From the human T2T-CHM13v2.0 reference genome, Homo sapiens: a DNA stretch of 64,000 bases. Where the stretch lies: NCBI RefSeq assembly GCF_009914755.1, contig NC_060925.1. The stretch is one strand, 5' to 3'. The notes below the pieces were generated by a model. It saw only the letters and a list, made by a program, of their open reading frames with translations. It was not told the DNA's origin and ran no database searches. Position numbers and translations under genes: made by a program. Position 1 is the stretch's first letter, and each line of letters starts with the position of its first letter. Below, piece by piece: positions 63,730 to 64,000 of this stretch.

Positions 63730-63775
63730 GAGTAAACACAGTGCTGGCTCGGCTGCCCTGAGGGTGCTCAATCAA
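63730..63775 (+). promoter_or_regulatory. Hepatic enhancer core at the rs12740374 site (SORT1/CELSR2/PSRC1 eQTL), G allele
   Basis: ctgagg[G]tgctcaat at 63764; a T here would create the C/EBP site TTGCTCAAT. Adjacent forkhead motif GTAAACA at 63732-63738. Confidence 0.85.
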
Positions 63776-64000
63776 GCACAGGTTTCAAGTCTGGGTTCTG
63801 GTGTCCACTCACCCACCCCACCCCCCAAAATCAGACAAATGCTACTTTGTCTAACCTGCTGTGGCCTCTGAGACATGTTCTATTTTTAACCCCTTCTTGG
63901 AATTGGCTCTCTTCTTCAAAGGACCAGGTCCTGTTCCTCTTTCTCCCCGACTCCACCCCAGCTCCCTGTGAAGAGAGAGTTAATATATTTGTTTTATTTA

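Overview
Human (or great-ape) genomic DNA recognisable as the 1p13.3 SARS1-CELSR2 locus, with both genes on the + strand. SARS1 (cytosolic seryl-tRNA synthetase) has 11 coding exons at 2803-26697; I spliced them by hand to 1545 nt = 514 aa + stop. CELSR2 (Flamingo-type adhesion GPCR) has 34 coding exons at 38887-62845, spliced to 8775 nt = 2924 aa + stop. That is one residue longer than the 2923-aa reference I recall, apparently an extra Pro in the signal-peptide CCG tract. All introns are GT-AG with consistent phases. The window ends in the CELSR2 3' UTR, which contains the known SORT1/LDL-C regulatory site (rs12740374 context, non-C/EBP G allele). SARS1 introns are dense in Alu, L1, MER and MIR relics. 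No novel multi-gene system is evident. The best leads are: (1) a cryptic NAGNAG acceptor in the CELSR2 3' UTR that would swap the C-terminus for a PDZ-binding ...SDETSI; (2) a gap-free ~90% identical ~130-bp inverted repeat flanking ~1.1 kb upstream of CELSR2; (3) a 66-nt in-frame SARS1 cassette exon; (4) an ATF4 CARE in SARS1 intron 1; (5) an Arg-rich CELSR2 uORF; (6) a candidate intronic polyA site that could give a secreted cadherin-only CELSR2; (7) several stop-free in-frame introns. Repeat boundaries and subfamilies are by-eye estimates.
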